In this document: piece after piece, positions 1 to 10,829 of the stretch
How positions within the stretch are numbered: the first letter of the stretch is position 1
Layout of the letters: every line of letters starts with the position of its first letter
Assembly: GCA_038087875.1 (NCBI GenBank)
Contig: JAXLNO010001373.1
Coordinates: 1 to 64,000, forward strand
DNA from: Malacoraja senta
Taxonomy: Eukaryota
Direction of reading: 5' to 3'
DNA: 64,000 nt
Translations under genes and position numbers: made by a program
The notes under the pieces: model-generated
What the model was told of the DNA's origin: nothing
The model's input: only the letters and a program-made list of their open reading frames with translations
Databases searched by the model: none

Positions 1-91
1 TTTCTCCCCCCTTCTCTCTCCCCCCTCTCTTACTCCCCCCTCTCTCTTCCCCCCCTCTCTCACCCCCCTCTCTCTCCCCCCCTTCCCCCCT
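1..91. repeat. C/T-rich low-complexity tract
   Basis: Almost pure CT/CCT sequence at the window start. Confidence 0.9.
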
Positions 92-99
92 CAGGAGAC

Positions 100-200
100 A
101 TACAGTTGAGAGCATATTGACTGGTTGCCGAACCCTGCTGCAACCAGTCAATATGGTCTCAACTGTATATCTGTAGAAGTTCAAGAGTTAAAATGGACTT
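100..200 (-). mobile_element. Short Rex1/Babar-type LINE remnant with a foldback duplication
   Basis: Minus strand reads LLNFYRYTVETILTGC, matching the NFYRCTVESMLTGC segment of the Rex1-like LINE near 16660-16710. Bases 100-128 are an inverted copy of 140-168. Confidence 0.7.
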
Positions 201-549
201 GCAAGTTCCTTTTTCTAACTATTATTGCAGTTGTATTAAACCAATGAGGAACGTGTTTCAAAATATGGTTGTAAAAGGCAGGTCTCTTTCTTTAGGTAAC
301 TAGGGTGCTCGGAAAAGTTTAAACATTCTCTAAGGGCTGGGGAAATTTAGGAGAAATAGTGGCAGATTATACACCATTGTGCCCATCAACCAGATTGTTG
401 GAATGCAGGATAGATGTCAAGAGTTTTTTTATTGTCTTATGACCCAGATAGAACAACATTCTTTATTTCAGCAGCACATCAGAATATGTCAACATAGTAT
501 ACTGTAAACAACATAATTGAGAAAAAAAGGTTCATTGTGTGTATAACTA

Positions 550-2884
550 TCTGTATACTTTTAAAACTCTGTGTGGGTGTGCGGGCGGACGGGCGAGTGT
601 GGTTTGTGGGTGTCAGATTTGGCGTTTGATTCCTTGGTCCGCCAATACCACACGCAGAAATTCCTAGATTTTTTCCATTACGCTGGACATTACACTTTTA
701 CATCCCCTAACACACTCCTCATTAAATTTCATCGTTTTTATGTACACATTTTAAAATAAAAATCCATCCACCCCCCACGTAACCACTAATTTTTTTTGTA
801 TCCTGCTGGCCAGCGAGCTGCTGCATGACTCACAGCGCCATCACTTGATGTCACAATGGATCTCATTTTACCTATGATATGACATCACAATGGGTCAGGG
901 CTCCCCTGTACTCTCTCTCCCCTCTATTCTCTCTTTCCCACCCTCCCCGTGCCTTTCCCCCTCTCCCCTTCTCTCTCCCCCCCTCTCTCTCCCCCTCCTC
1001 GCCCCCCTCCTCTCTCTCTCCTCCCTCTCCCTGTCTTTTCTCTCCCTCTTCTCCCTCTCCTCTCTCCCCATCCAATCTCTCTCCACCACCCCTCTCCCCC
1101 TCCCCTCCTCCCCCCCACCTCTACCACCCTCTCTCCTTCCACCCCTCCCTTTTATCCCCCTCTACCCCCCTCCACATCATATTCTCCTCACCCTCTCCAC
1201 CCCCCTCTCCACCCCCACTCTCCACTCTCCCCCCCTCTCCACCCTACCCATCACCTCTCCCCCCTCTTCTCTCCACCACCTCCCATCACCCCCTCCACCT
1301 CTCCCTCTCCTCTCCTCTCCACCCTCCAACTCTCCCCTCCTCTTCTCCCCCTCCAAGTCTCACCTCTCCTCTCACCCCCTCACTCACCCCCCTCCTCTCT
1401 CCCCCCTACCTCCCCCTCTCCCATCTACTCGCTCTCTCCACTCTAATCTCTCTGTCTCCCCTCTAATCTCTTTCTCCCCATCCGTCCCTTCCTTCCACCC
1501 CCATGCCTTTCTCCCACTCCCCTTCTCTCTCCCACTCCCCTTCTCTCTCCCACTCCCCTTCTCTCTCCCACTCCCCCTTCTCTCTCCCACTCCCTTCCAC
1601 TCCCCCTTCTCTCCCCCTTCTCCCTCCCCTCTCTCTCCCCTCCTCTCTCTCCCCCTCCTCTCCCTCCGCCTCCTCTCTCTCCCCATCCTCTCTCTCTCCC
1701 TCCTCTTGCTCCCCTTCTCTCCCCCCCTCCACTCCCTCTTCCTCTCTCCCCCTCCAATCTCCCCTTCGCTCTCCCCCACCTCTACCACCCTCTCTCCTGC
1801 CTCCTCCCTCCCTCCCCCTCCCCCTCCCCCACTCTTCCCCCCTCCCTTCTACCCCCCTACACCCCCCCTCCACCCTCCACCTCTTATTCTCCTCCCCCTC
1901 TCCATCCTCCCCTCTCCACCCCCTCTCCCCCCTCCACCTCGCCCCCTCTTTTCACCCCCCTCCACCACCCCCCTCCTTTTCTCTCCCCCTCCAACTCTCC
2001 CCCTCCTCTCTCTCCCCTTCCCTCCCCCCTCTACTCTCTCACTCTCCCCACTAATCTCCCTCTCCCCTCCACCTCATCCCCTCTCCTCTCCCCTCCCCTT
2101 CCCCTCCCCCACCCTTCTCTACCCCCCTCACCACCCCTCTCTCCCCCCCTCCCCCTCTACCACACTCCTTCCTCCTACCCCTGTGTCCCCCTTTACTCTC
2201 CCCGCTCTCTCCCCCCTCCTCTCCCTCTGCAACCCTCCTCCCCCCTCTCCTCCCCCTCTCTCCTCCCTCCTCTCTCCTCCCCATCCCCCTCTCTCCTCAC
2301 CCATCTCTCCTCACCCCTCTCTCCTGTGTGTGTATGTCAGGTGTATGTCATTTTGATTTTGCCTTTGATTCATTGGTCCGCCAAAACCACACGCAAAAAC
2401 TCCCAGATTTGTACCATTTCGCTAGCGATTTTACTTTTACATTCGCATATCCACTCATTAAATGTCATCATTTTTCTGTACACATTTTTAATAAAATTCT
2501 TCACCCCCCCCACTCACTCATTTTGTCGCCCACCTTCTCATCGCGTGCCGCGCGACCATAACGGCTGCTGGCGCCTGGCTCTCCTCCATCCCCCCCCCGG
2601 CGCGACTGTCCCGCTGGCGGAAGGCACAGATCGGCTGGTCCCCCGCTGCTTTTCGCAGTCATCTCTGCCGGCCCGCACGCTTGCACTGTCCGAAAATCCC
2701 GCGCGTCAACGGCCTATCGGCCCGCAAGCGCATTGAGGGCGTATGCAGCGTCTCCACGGGCGTACGCAGCGTCTTGACGTCATACATTGCGTCTTGATGT
2801 GGCGTTGCGCGATGACGTCAGGCAGCCCCCCCCTTGCAACCGCGCGTTGCGGGAACAGACCCAACGGGTCTGCACTTGGTCTAG
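550..2884 (+). mobile_element. Non-autonomous Helitron-type element 1
   Basis: 5' end A|TCTGTATACTTTTAAAACT at 550. 3' hairpin CAGACCC-AAC-GGGTCTG (2856-2872), then CTAG (2881-2884) followed by T. The 5' module (550-900) recurs at 2885-3240 and partly at 2325-2510. Confidence 0.75.
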
Positions 2885-4944
2885 TATACTTTTAAAACTC
2901 TGTGTGTGTGTGGGCTGGCGGGTGTGTGTGTTTGTGGGTGTCAGATTTGGCCTTTGATTCCTTGGTCCGCAAAAACCACACGCAGAAACGCCGAGATTTT
3001 TTCCATTTCGCTAGACATTACACTTTTACAACCCCTAGCACACTCCTGATTAAATTTCGTCGTTTTTATGTACACATTTTATGTGCATTTTATGTAAAAT
3101 CCATCCCCCCCCCCCCAACCACTATTTTTTAAAATCCTGCCGGCCAGCGAGCTGCTGCATGACTCACAGTGCCATCACAGATGTCCAATCACAATGGATC
3201 TCATTTACCTATGATATGACATCACAATGGGTCAGGGCTAGGAGATTGGAACCTTCATGTGAGCCCACTAAAATGAAACAGCTGCATGACTCACAGAGCC
3301 ATTGCACAGATGTCTAATCACAATGGATCCCACGAATGCAATCAACCTGGCGTGCACAATCAAATAGAGCAATTTGTCCTACCCCCCCCTATCTACCCCC
3401 TCCCTATCTACCCCTTCCCTATCTACCCCCTCCCTATCTACCCCTTCCCTATCTACCCCTTCCCTATCTACCCCCTCCCTACCTATCCCCTCCCTATCTA
3501 CCCCCTCCCTATCTACCCCCTCCCTATCTACCCCCTCCCTATCTACCCCCTCCCTATCTACCCCGCCCTCTCTACCACCCTCCACTCCCCCTCCCCTCTA
3601 CTGCACCTATCCTCCCCCTCTCCTCTCCTCCATCCCCTCCTGTTCTCCTCCCCTCCACATCTTCCCCTCCTCATCTCTCTCCCTCCCTTCTCTCCCCCCC
3701 CTAACTCCCCCTCTTCTCTCCCCTCCCATCTCCTCCAACCACCTCACTCACCACCTCCTCTCTCTCCTCCCCTCCCTCCCCCCTCTCCCCTGTACTCTCT
3801 CTCCCCCCTCTATTCTCTCACTTCCCCTCCTGCCTCCCTCCCCGTGCCTTTTCCCCTCTCCCCTTCTCTGTCCCGCTTCTATCTCTCCCCTTCTCTCTCC
3901 CCCTTCGCTCTCCCCCTCCTCTCTCTCTCCCTCCTCCCTCTCCCCCTCCACTCCCCCACCTCCCCCCTCCACCTCTCCCTCTCCTCTCCACCCTCCAACT
4001 CTCCCCCTGCTCTTCTCCCCCCTCCAAGTCTGCCCCGCACCTCCCTCACCCCTCACTCACCCTCTCCTCTCTCTCCCCCTCTCCCATCTACTCGCTCTCT
4101 CCCCACTAATCTCTCTGCCTCCCCTCTAATCTCTTTCTCCCCATCCGTCCCTCCCTTCCACCCCATGTCTCTCTCGCACACCCCCTTCTCTCCCACACCC
4201 CCTTCTCTCTCTCCCCCCTTCTCTCTCTCACCCCTTCTCTCTCTCCCCCCTTCTCTCTCTCTTCCTCTCTCTCCCCTTCCTCTCCCCCCTCCTCTCTCTC
4301 CCCATCCTCTCTCTCCCTCCTCTCTCCCCCTCTTCTCTCTCCCCTCCACTACCTCCTTCTCCTCTCTCCCCCTCCAATCTCTCCACCTCTCCCCTCCCCT
4401 CCCCTCCCTCCCCTCTCACCCCCACCTCTACCACCCTCTGCTCCTCGCTCCCTCCCACTCTGGCCACCTCCCTTCTACCCCCCTCCACTCCCCCTCCCCC
4501 CTCCACCTCCCCTCCCCCCTCCACCTCTTATTCTCATCCCCACTCCAACCTCCCCTGCCCTCCCCCCTATCCCCCTCCACCGCGCCCCCTCCTATTCTCT
4601 CCCCCCTCCACCTCCCCCCTCCTTTTCTATTCCCCCTCCAACTCTCCTCCTCCCCTCTCCACCCGCCCCTCACTCACCCCCTCCTCTCTCTCTCCCTCCC
4701 TCCCCCCTCTACTCTCTCTCTCTCCCCTCTAATCTCCCTCTCCTCTCCCTACCCCCACTTCTCTTCTCTACCCTCCCCTCCTCCCCTCCCCTCCCCTTCC
4801 CCTCCCCCACCCTTCTCTAACTCCCTCACCCACCACTCAATCCACCCACCCCCTCTACCACACCCCTTCCCCTACCCCTGTCTCTCCTTCCCCCTCCCCG
4901 TTCTCCTTCCCTCCCCAACCGTGCGTTGGGGGGAACTTGGTCGA
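2885..4944 (+). mobile_element. Non-autonomous Helitron-type element 2, head-to-tail with element 1
   Basis: Begins directly after the CTAG of element 1 with TATACTTTTAAAACTCT and has the same 5' module and homologous C/T cargo. The degenerate 3' end CCCCAACCGTGCGTTGGGG...ACTTGGTCGAG|T lies at 4913-4945. Confidence 0.65.
3391..3564. repeat. 15-bp minisatellite (ATCTACCCCYTCCCT)n, about 11-12 units
   Basis: Direct tandem repeat; it generates the spurious PIYPL/DREGV ORFs. Confidence 0.9.
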
Positions 4945-4990
4945 GTATACATATATATCTGAAGAAGGGTCTCAACCTGAAAGTCACCCA

Positions 4991-5125
4991 NNNNNNNNNN
5001 NNNNNNNNNNNNNNNNNNNNNNNNNNNNNNNNNNNNNNNNNNNNNNNNNNNNNNNNNNNNNNNNNNNNNNNNNNNNNNNNNNNNNNNNNNNNNNNNNNNN
5101 NNNNNNNNNNNNNNNNNNNNNNNNN
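4991..5125. other. Assembly gap (N)
   Basis: Run of N. Confidence 1.
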
Positions 5126-5264
5126 TTGTGAACATGGATACAGCAGGTTTTGGATCAGTCGGATATTTGGGCAGAGGGATGACAGTGGGAGTTTAATCCA
5201 GACAAGTGTATGATGCTCCACTTCAGAGATCAAATGTAACAGGAACAAATAAAGTAAATGGCAG

Positions 5265-5362
5265 AGAAATACACAAAGTGCTGGAGTAACTCAGCTGATC
5301 ATGCATCATCTCTGGAGAAAAAGGATGGGTTACGTTTTGTTTCGGGACACTTCTTCAGATTA
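5265..5362 (-). repeat. Penelope-derived short dispersed repeat (CTGAAGAAG...GAAACG family)
   Basis: Same family as copies at 4958-4990, 25530-25745, 25870-25960, about 51085-51160 and 54622-54700. Confidence 0.65.
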
Positions 5363-5806
5363 AAAGTAGAACTAAAAGAGGATCATTGATGTACAGAGGG
5401 GTTCTTGGGGTCCAAGTCCATTGCTCCCTGAAGGTGGCAACATAGTGGATAGGTGGAAAAGAAGTTGTACGGTATACAGATAGAGAGCTTAGTAACATCC
5501 TAACTATACTTACCAGCGATTGCCTGCTGTAAACCCAGCTACTTTTGCACCACTGCCATGAGAAGGATCTAATCATGATTACATATCTATATTACTAAAA
5601 GTAAGATCTTGACCACCTCCTGGTTTTTTCTGTTTCGTGATTTTAGAAATAACGCTGCCACTTACGGCTGTGATTATTGGCCATCTTACTCAGAGTCCCC
5701 CTCCGCTGTGCAGGACGAGAGGATTTTTCCCATCGATTCAAAATAAAAGAGTTATTAATGTTTTAAAAAATTTGAGATTCTCTCTGCTGCCCCTGCTGGG
5801 AGGGAT

Positions 5807-5921
5807 TATAAAACCCGGAAGTGTTGTGCCTCACTCAGTCTCTGCAGGATGCAGGTAGCGAGAGGTTCACGTCTCTCTGAGCTGTGAATAAAAATGAACG
5901 CATGTCCACTGAACTGTGAGT
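5807..5921 (+). promoter_or_regulatory. TATA box, ETS-like site, Inr and 5' splice donor cassette (copy 1)
   Basis: TATAAAA 5807-5813, CCGGAAGT 5815-5822, Inr-like TCAGTCT with A at 5837 (30 nt after the TATA start), GTGAGT 5916-5921. The layout is conserved in two other copies. Confidence 0.55.
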
Positions 5922-5965
5922 GCCCTTAATGTGGTTTGAAAATGAAAATGAAAATGAAAATGTGG

Positions 5966-6264
5966 TTGCTTTGAAATTCTGCACTGCAAATGGTTGTTGG
6001 TGGGGGGGGGGGGTTGCTTTGAACTGCTGCACTGCAAATGGTTGTTGGTGGGTGGGTTACTTTGAACTGCTGCACTGCAAATTGTTGTTGGTGGGGGGGT
6101 TGCTTTGAACTGCTGCACTGCAAATGGTTGTTGGTGGGGGGGTTGCTTTGAACTGCAGCACTGCAAATGGTTGTTGGTGAGGGGGTTGCTTTGAACTGCT
6201 GCAGTGCAAATGGTTGTCGGTAGGGGGGGTTGCTTTGAAATGCTGCACTGCAAATGGTTGTCGG
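5966..6264. repeat. About 43-bp minisatellite, about 7 units
   Basis: TTGCTTTGAACTGCTGCACTGCAAATGGTTGTTGGTGGGGGGG repeated; unit starts near 5966, 6014, 6057, 6100, 6143, 6186, 6230. Confidence 0.9.
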
Positions 6265-6500
6265 TCTAAACTTGACAACTTCCTGTTTGCACTGTATATT
6301 GATTTTAGATAAAACGCTACAACCTACGGCTCTGATTTTTGGCCATCTTACTCAGTCCCGCTCCGCTCATCAGCTGCAGAAGATTCTTCCCATCAAATGA
6401 AAAATAAGTGTTATTAGTGTTTAAAAAAAATGTTGAGAATCTCTCTCCTGTCAATCATGCCATGAAGGCCACGCCCCTTCCGGTGGGAGGGGGGATGGAT

Positions 6501-6616
6501 TATAAAACCCGGAAGTGTGTGTGTGGCTCAGTCTCTGCAAGATGGGGGAGGGAGAGGTCACGACTGTCTGAGCTGTGAATCAACTGAACACACTGAATGT
6601 CTACTGAATTGTGAGT
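6501..6616 (+). promoter_or_regulatory. TATA box, ETS-like site, Inr and donor cassette (copy 2)
   Basis: TATAAAA 6501-6507, CCGGAAGT 6509-6516, TCAGTCT with A at 6530, GTGAGT 6611-6616. Confidence 0.55.
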
Positions 6617-6656
6617 GTGGTTTTTATGTGGTGTTTTGTGTGGTTTTATGGTGGTT

Positions 6657-7103
6657 TCACCCTGCTTGAAATGGTATGAAACTGCATTTGAATGTAGTGG
6701 CCTTGTACTCTGCATGAAATGGTATGAAACATCATTTGAATTTGGTGGCCTTGCACCCTGCTTGAAATGGTATGAGACTGCACTTGAATTTGGTGGCCTT
6801 GCACCCTGCTTGAAGTGGCATGAAACTGCACTTGAATTTGGTGGCCTTGCACCCTGCTTGAAGTGGCATGAAACCGCACTTGAATTTGGTGGCCTTGCAA
6901 CCTGCTTCAAGTGGTCGGAAACTGCACTTGAATTCAGTGGCCTTGCACCCTGCTTGAAGTGGTAGGAAACTGCACTTGAATTCGGTGGCCTGGCACCCTG
7001 CTTGAAGTGGTAGGAAACTGCACCTGAACTTGGTGGCCTTGCACCCTGCTTGAAATGGTCGGAAACTGCATTTGAATTTGGTGGCCTTGCACCCTGCTTG
7101 AAA
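6657..7103. repeat. 48-bp minisatellite, about 9 units
   Basis: GCACCCTGCTTGAAATGGTATGAGACTGCACTTGAATTTGGTGGCCTT repeated; gives the 16-aa periodic ORF at 6500-7219. Confidence 0.9.
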
Positions 7104-7419
7104 TGGAATTTCAAAGAATAGCCGTGAATCAACTGCCAGCCCACTAGCCGTGAGTGAGCTGCCAGCACATCAGGCTTGAGTGACTGAGCTGCCACCCCAA
7201 GAATCCATTTGGCCCACAATATCCATACTAGCCCTCTGGAAACCAGTCCCTTCAGCCCACAATACCCATACTAGTGCTCCAGAAAGCCCTCCGCCCCCCC
7301 CCCCCCACCCCTCACTGGCCACCAATATTGGAATTGGTGGAGAGGTGGAATATTGCATTGGGGGACCAGCCCTCCCATGTCAACATGGGACCCAACGGGT
7401 CCCACTTAGTCTAGTTATT

Positions 7420-9720
7420 TAAAGAAGCCACTGCTGCTCTCCGGCTGGATATACAGAGTCATCCGATTGATAATCCTGACTTGGTCATATTTACTGATGG
7501 CTCTTCACACTGACCTAGCAATGACAGATTATTAGCAGGCTATGCAGTGATTGCACCACACCAAGTGATGGAGGCATATGCTTTACCATCTGGAACGTCT
7601 GCTCAGACAGCTGAGCTGTATGCCCTGGCTCGTATCTGTATATTGGCAAAAGATTTTTTTTTTTTTTTTAATTTTTATTTATTAGAAGTACATTACATTA
7701 CAACCACATACATTAGTACTCGTCATTTATATCTTCTTACAATTAATGTACTCCATTTATTTTTTACACTAGAAAAGGAAAAGATTGAAAGAAAGAAGAA
7801 AGTGAAGGAAAAAAGTGAAAGTGTAGGAAATGTGACAACAAAAAAGGACGAAGACCCTATAAGAGCAAAATTAAAAACAAAAGAAAAAGAGTTAAGAAAT
7901 AGACCCTAGGAAAGAAAGAGAGAGAAAAAGAGGAAAAAGAGAGAAACAAATATTTTTATGAGCATTACGTAAATGGGACATACCAACTCTTCAACTATCA
8001 TCCCCCCCTTACCTGACCTCAAATTTTTTTTTTTTTTTTTTTTTTAAGTACTTTTGCACCCTATGTTTGTAATAATTCTATAAATGCAGACCACGTCAGG
8101 TGGAAATGATCTGGTTTACCTGCTAGGAGGAGTCTTATCTCTTCTAGGTGTAATGTTTCAAACATATTTGAAATCCACATATTTATAGTTGGTATTGGAG
8201 CCTTCTTCCAAAATTTTAGAATTAGCTTTTTTCCAATTATTAACCCATAGTCCATTAGTTTCTTTTGAAACACATTTAGTTCTGGACCATCTTCCGTTAT
8301 ACCGAAGATAGTCCATTCCGCTTTGGGTATCAGTCTTGTTTTAAATAACTTTGTAAAGATTTCAAAAATTTCATTCCAAAATTTTTAAATTTTTGTACAG
8401 AAAACGAATGAGTGCGCTATAGTAGCTTCTTGGGATTGACATTTATCACAAATAGATGATACATTTGGGAACATTTTATGAATTTTAGTTTTCGAATAAT
8501 ATAATCTATGTAAAATTTTAAATTGTATTAAAGTGTGTCTTACATTAATCGAGCATTTATGCACATTTAATAAGTATTCATTCCAACTTTCCTTTGAAAT
8601 TTTAATAGCTAACTCTTGTTCCCAGTCTCTTCTGATACCCTCCGTAGGTGGTATTTGTACATTTAAGATAATATTATACAAATATGATATTAAGTTTGCT
8701 GATTCCGCTTTATCTGCATTGCCTCGTCCAATACATCTACTGGGATATTATAATGATCTTTTGTATATTTTTTCAAATAGTTGCATATTTGAAAATATTT
8801 AAAATATTGATTATTTCCGAGTTTATATTTTATTTGTAATTGTTGAAATGAAAGTAATTTTCCAGTTTCATACAAGTCACCAAGCGTTTTAATTCCTAAT
8901 CTATCCCATTGTGTATAAGCTTTATCTATAATAGAAGGATTAAACGAAGGGTTATTGACTATAGGTAATAAAAGAGATACATTTCTTAATTTTAAATTTT
9001 GTTTTATTTGTTTCCAAATTCGGATTGTACTATGAATAATTGGGTTCTTATTATAATTTATGTTATTCAGTTTCATTGGAGAGAGGAGGATCGCTCCAAT
9101 GTTTCTAGAGGAGCAATCCTCTTTCTCCATTACAATCCAGTCCACTTGCTGGGTGGAGTTATCCATCAGTTGAATATTGGCAAAAGATAAAAGTGCTAAT
9201 ATCTACACCGATTCTCGCTTTGCGTTTGGGGTTGTACATGACTTTGGATAGTTATGGGAAAATAGAGGATTCATTACATCAACGGGAAAGACCATTAAAC
9301 ATAATAAACGTCTTAAATTTACTGGATACGATCCAATTGCCACAGCAGATCACAGTCATTAAATGCGAGGCTTATACATCATCGGACGATGATGTATCCA
9401 ATGGAAACAGGTCAGCTAATTATGTCGCCAAACAGGTTGCCCTCAGGCAAACCCAGCAATTACAAGCAGCTAAAATTGAGTCTGCTGCACAAAGAAAGCT
9501 CCCGGTTAGCATTGATGTAGCCCAGTTACAGGATGCCGAGACCCTAGCATCACACCAGGAAAATAATTTCTGGAGTCTGGGTCCACCCTGATGGCTCACA
9601 TTGAAAAGGGGGGGATGGCATACGCATTGTTCCAGCAATGGTATACACCAGGTATAACAGTCATAATTGAAAAAGTTGCAAAAACATGACTGGTGTGTCA
9701 ACAAAATAATTCCTGGTACC
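7420..9720 (+). mobile_element. Degenerate endogenous retrovirus pol fragment (RNase H into the integrase zinc finger), split by an L1
   Basis: DLVIFTDGSS...AGYAV...SAQTAELYALAR at 7470-7650. It resumes after the L1 as ANIYTDSRFAFGVVHDFG...RGFITSTGKTIK and VIKCEAY...GNRSANYVAK. Confidence 0.8.
7655..9173 (-). mobile_element. 5'-truncated L1/Tx1 LINE (ORF2 3' end, 3' UTR, poly(A))
   Basis: ORF2 C-terminal motifs (HRLYYSK...CDKCQ...HSFVFC). Poly(T) at 7654-7669. 15-bp TSD ATATTGGCAAAAGAT at 7640-7654 and 9174-9188. Same subfamily as 56503-63680. Confidence 0.9.
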
Positions 9721-10560
9721 TGGGATTAGGGGGGCGCATATATAATGCCATGCAATGCGTTCGCCTATGTTCTCGGCTGGTTGCGACAAGATACTGTAAA
9801 CACTGGCCTTTTGGATCCTGCACTCTTTGCAGAGCACAATGAAGTCGGCTGACCAATTGACTGTACGGATTGCTACTCAATTGCCAACAGTTTGGGATGG
9901 GTGCATTTTGCCCTTGTTTTTCCTTATTAATTAAATTAACAATTGATGGGTCCAAATTTGAGGTAGTTCCATAAACATAGCAGTGTAAGACCGCTCCCAG
10001 TTTGCACAGAGCCTGTCTTCCCAGTAACGGCAGTGGGTCCGTTCTAGAGATTATAAAATTATCAGTAAAGGACTGGATACCATTCCTGTTGGGCGTTCCC
10101 TTGCTGTTGCTCCAGAGGGACGTAAGAGTTATTTGTCCTTTAATCTTAAAGTTATAATCAGCAGTAAAACTATAACTAAGAACACTACCACCTGCTTTTG
10201 TGTTATAGGCACAGGACCCTTATTTCCCTCTTTTTGTTTATCACCTGCTTCCTCCTTTGGGGGTTGGTGTCTTTTCGTTATCTCTATCCATTTCGTTATC
10301 AGAGATAGCTTAAAGCTTCCCCCATACGGCAAATCTCCGTTTGACCAATCATACAGATCGCTACTAAAAGTCACCACATATAGTATCGGTCATCTCTGGT
10401 CTCTTTTATTACAACATCAGCTGGTGATCCCGCGTGATGGGGTAGATGCTTAGATGTTTGCACTTGTGAGAGAATCTTGACTGAGGGAACATATTACAAT
10501 AAATACATTTAAAACACTAAGGTGTGTAGAAATTTTTGCAGCGAGTGAATTACTGAAATT

Positions 10561-10800
10561 GGGCGGCACATTGCTGCCTTACATCGCTTGCAGCGCCAGA
10601 GACCCAGGTTCGATCCCGACTGCGGGTGCTGTCTGTACAGAGTTTGTACATTCTCCCCGTTACCGGGTGGGTTTTCTCAGAGATCTTCGGTTTCCTCCCA
10701 CACTCCAAAGGCGTACAGGCTTGGTTTAAGTGTAAATGTCCCTAGTTTATTTAGGATAGTGTTAATGTGCAGGGTTTGCTGGTCGGTGCGACACTACACT
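10561..10800 (+). mobile_element. tRNA-derived SINE, HE1/V-SINE-like
   Basis: GGGCGGCAC start, B-box GGTTCGATCC, V-SINE-type core (GTTTGTACATTCTCCCCG...TTTCCTCCCACACTCCAAAG). Confidence 0.7.
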
Positions 10801-10829
10801 CTGCCTCAGGGAGTTGTAGAAGCTAGACC

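Larger units (their letters stand above)
5586..7414 (+). mobile_element. Non-autonomous Helitron-type element 3 with two 5' cassettes and two minisatellites
   Basis: A|TCTATATTACTAAAAGT at 5586. 3' hairpin TGGGACCC-AAC-GGGTCCCA (7386-7404) and CTAG|T (7411-7415). A second homologous 5' module starts at about 6265. Confidence 0.8.

Noticed and set aside
872-4962. Long Pro/Ser/Leu and Gly/Glu/Arg ORFs (up to 558 aa)
   Set aside because: Stop-free only because the DNA is almost pure C/T; no domain or splice context.
6500-7219. 239-aa ORF with 16-aa repeats
   Set aside because: Translation of the 48-bp minisatellite, not a gene.
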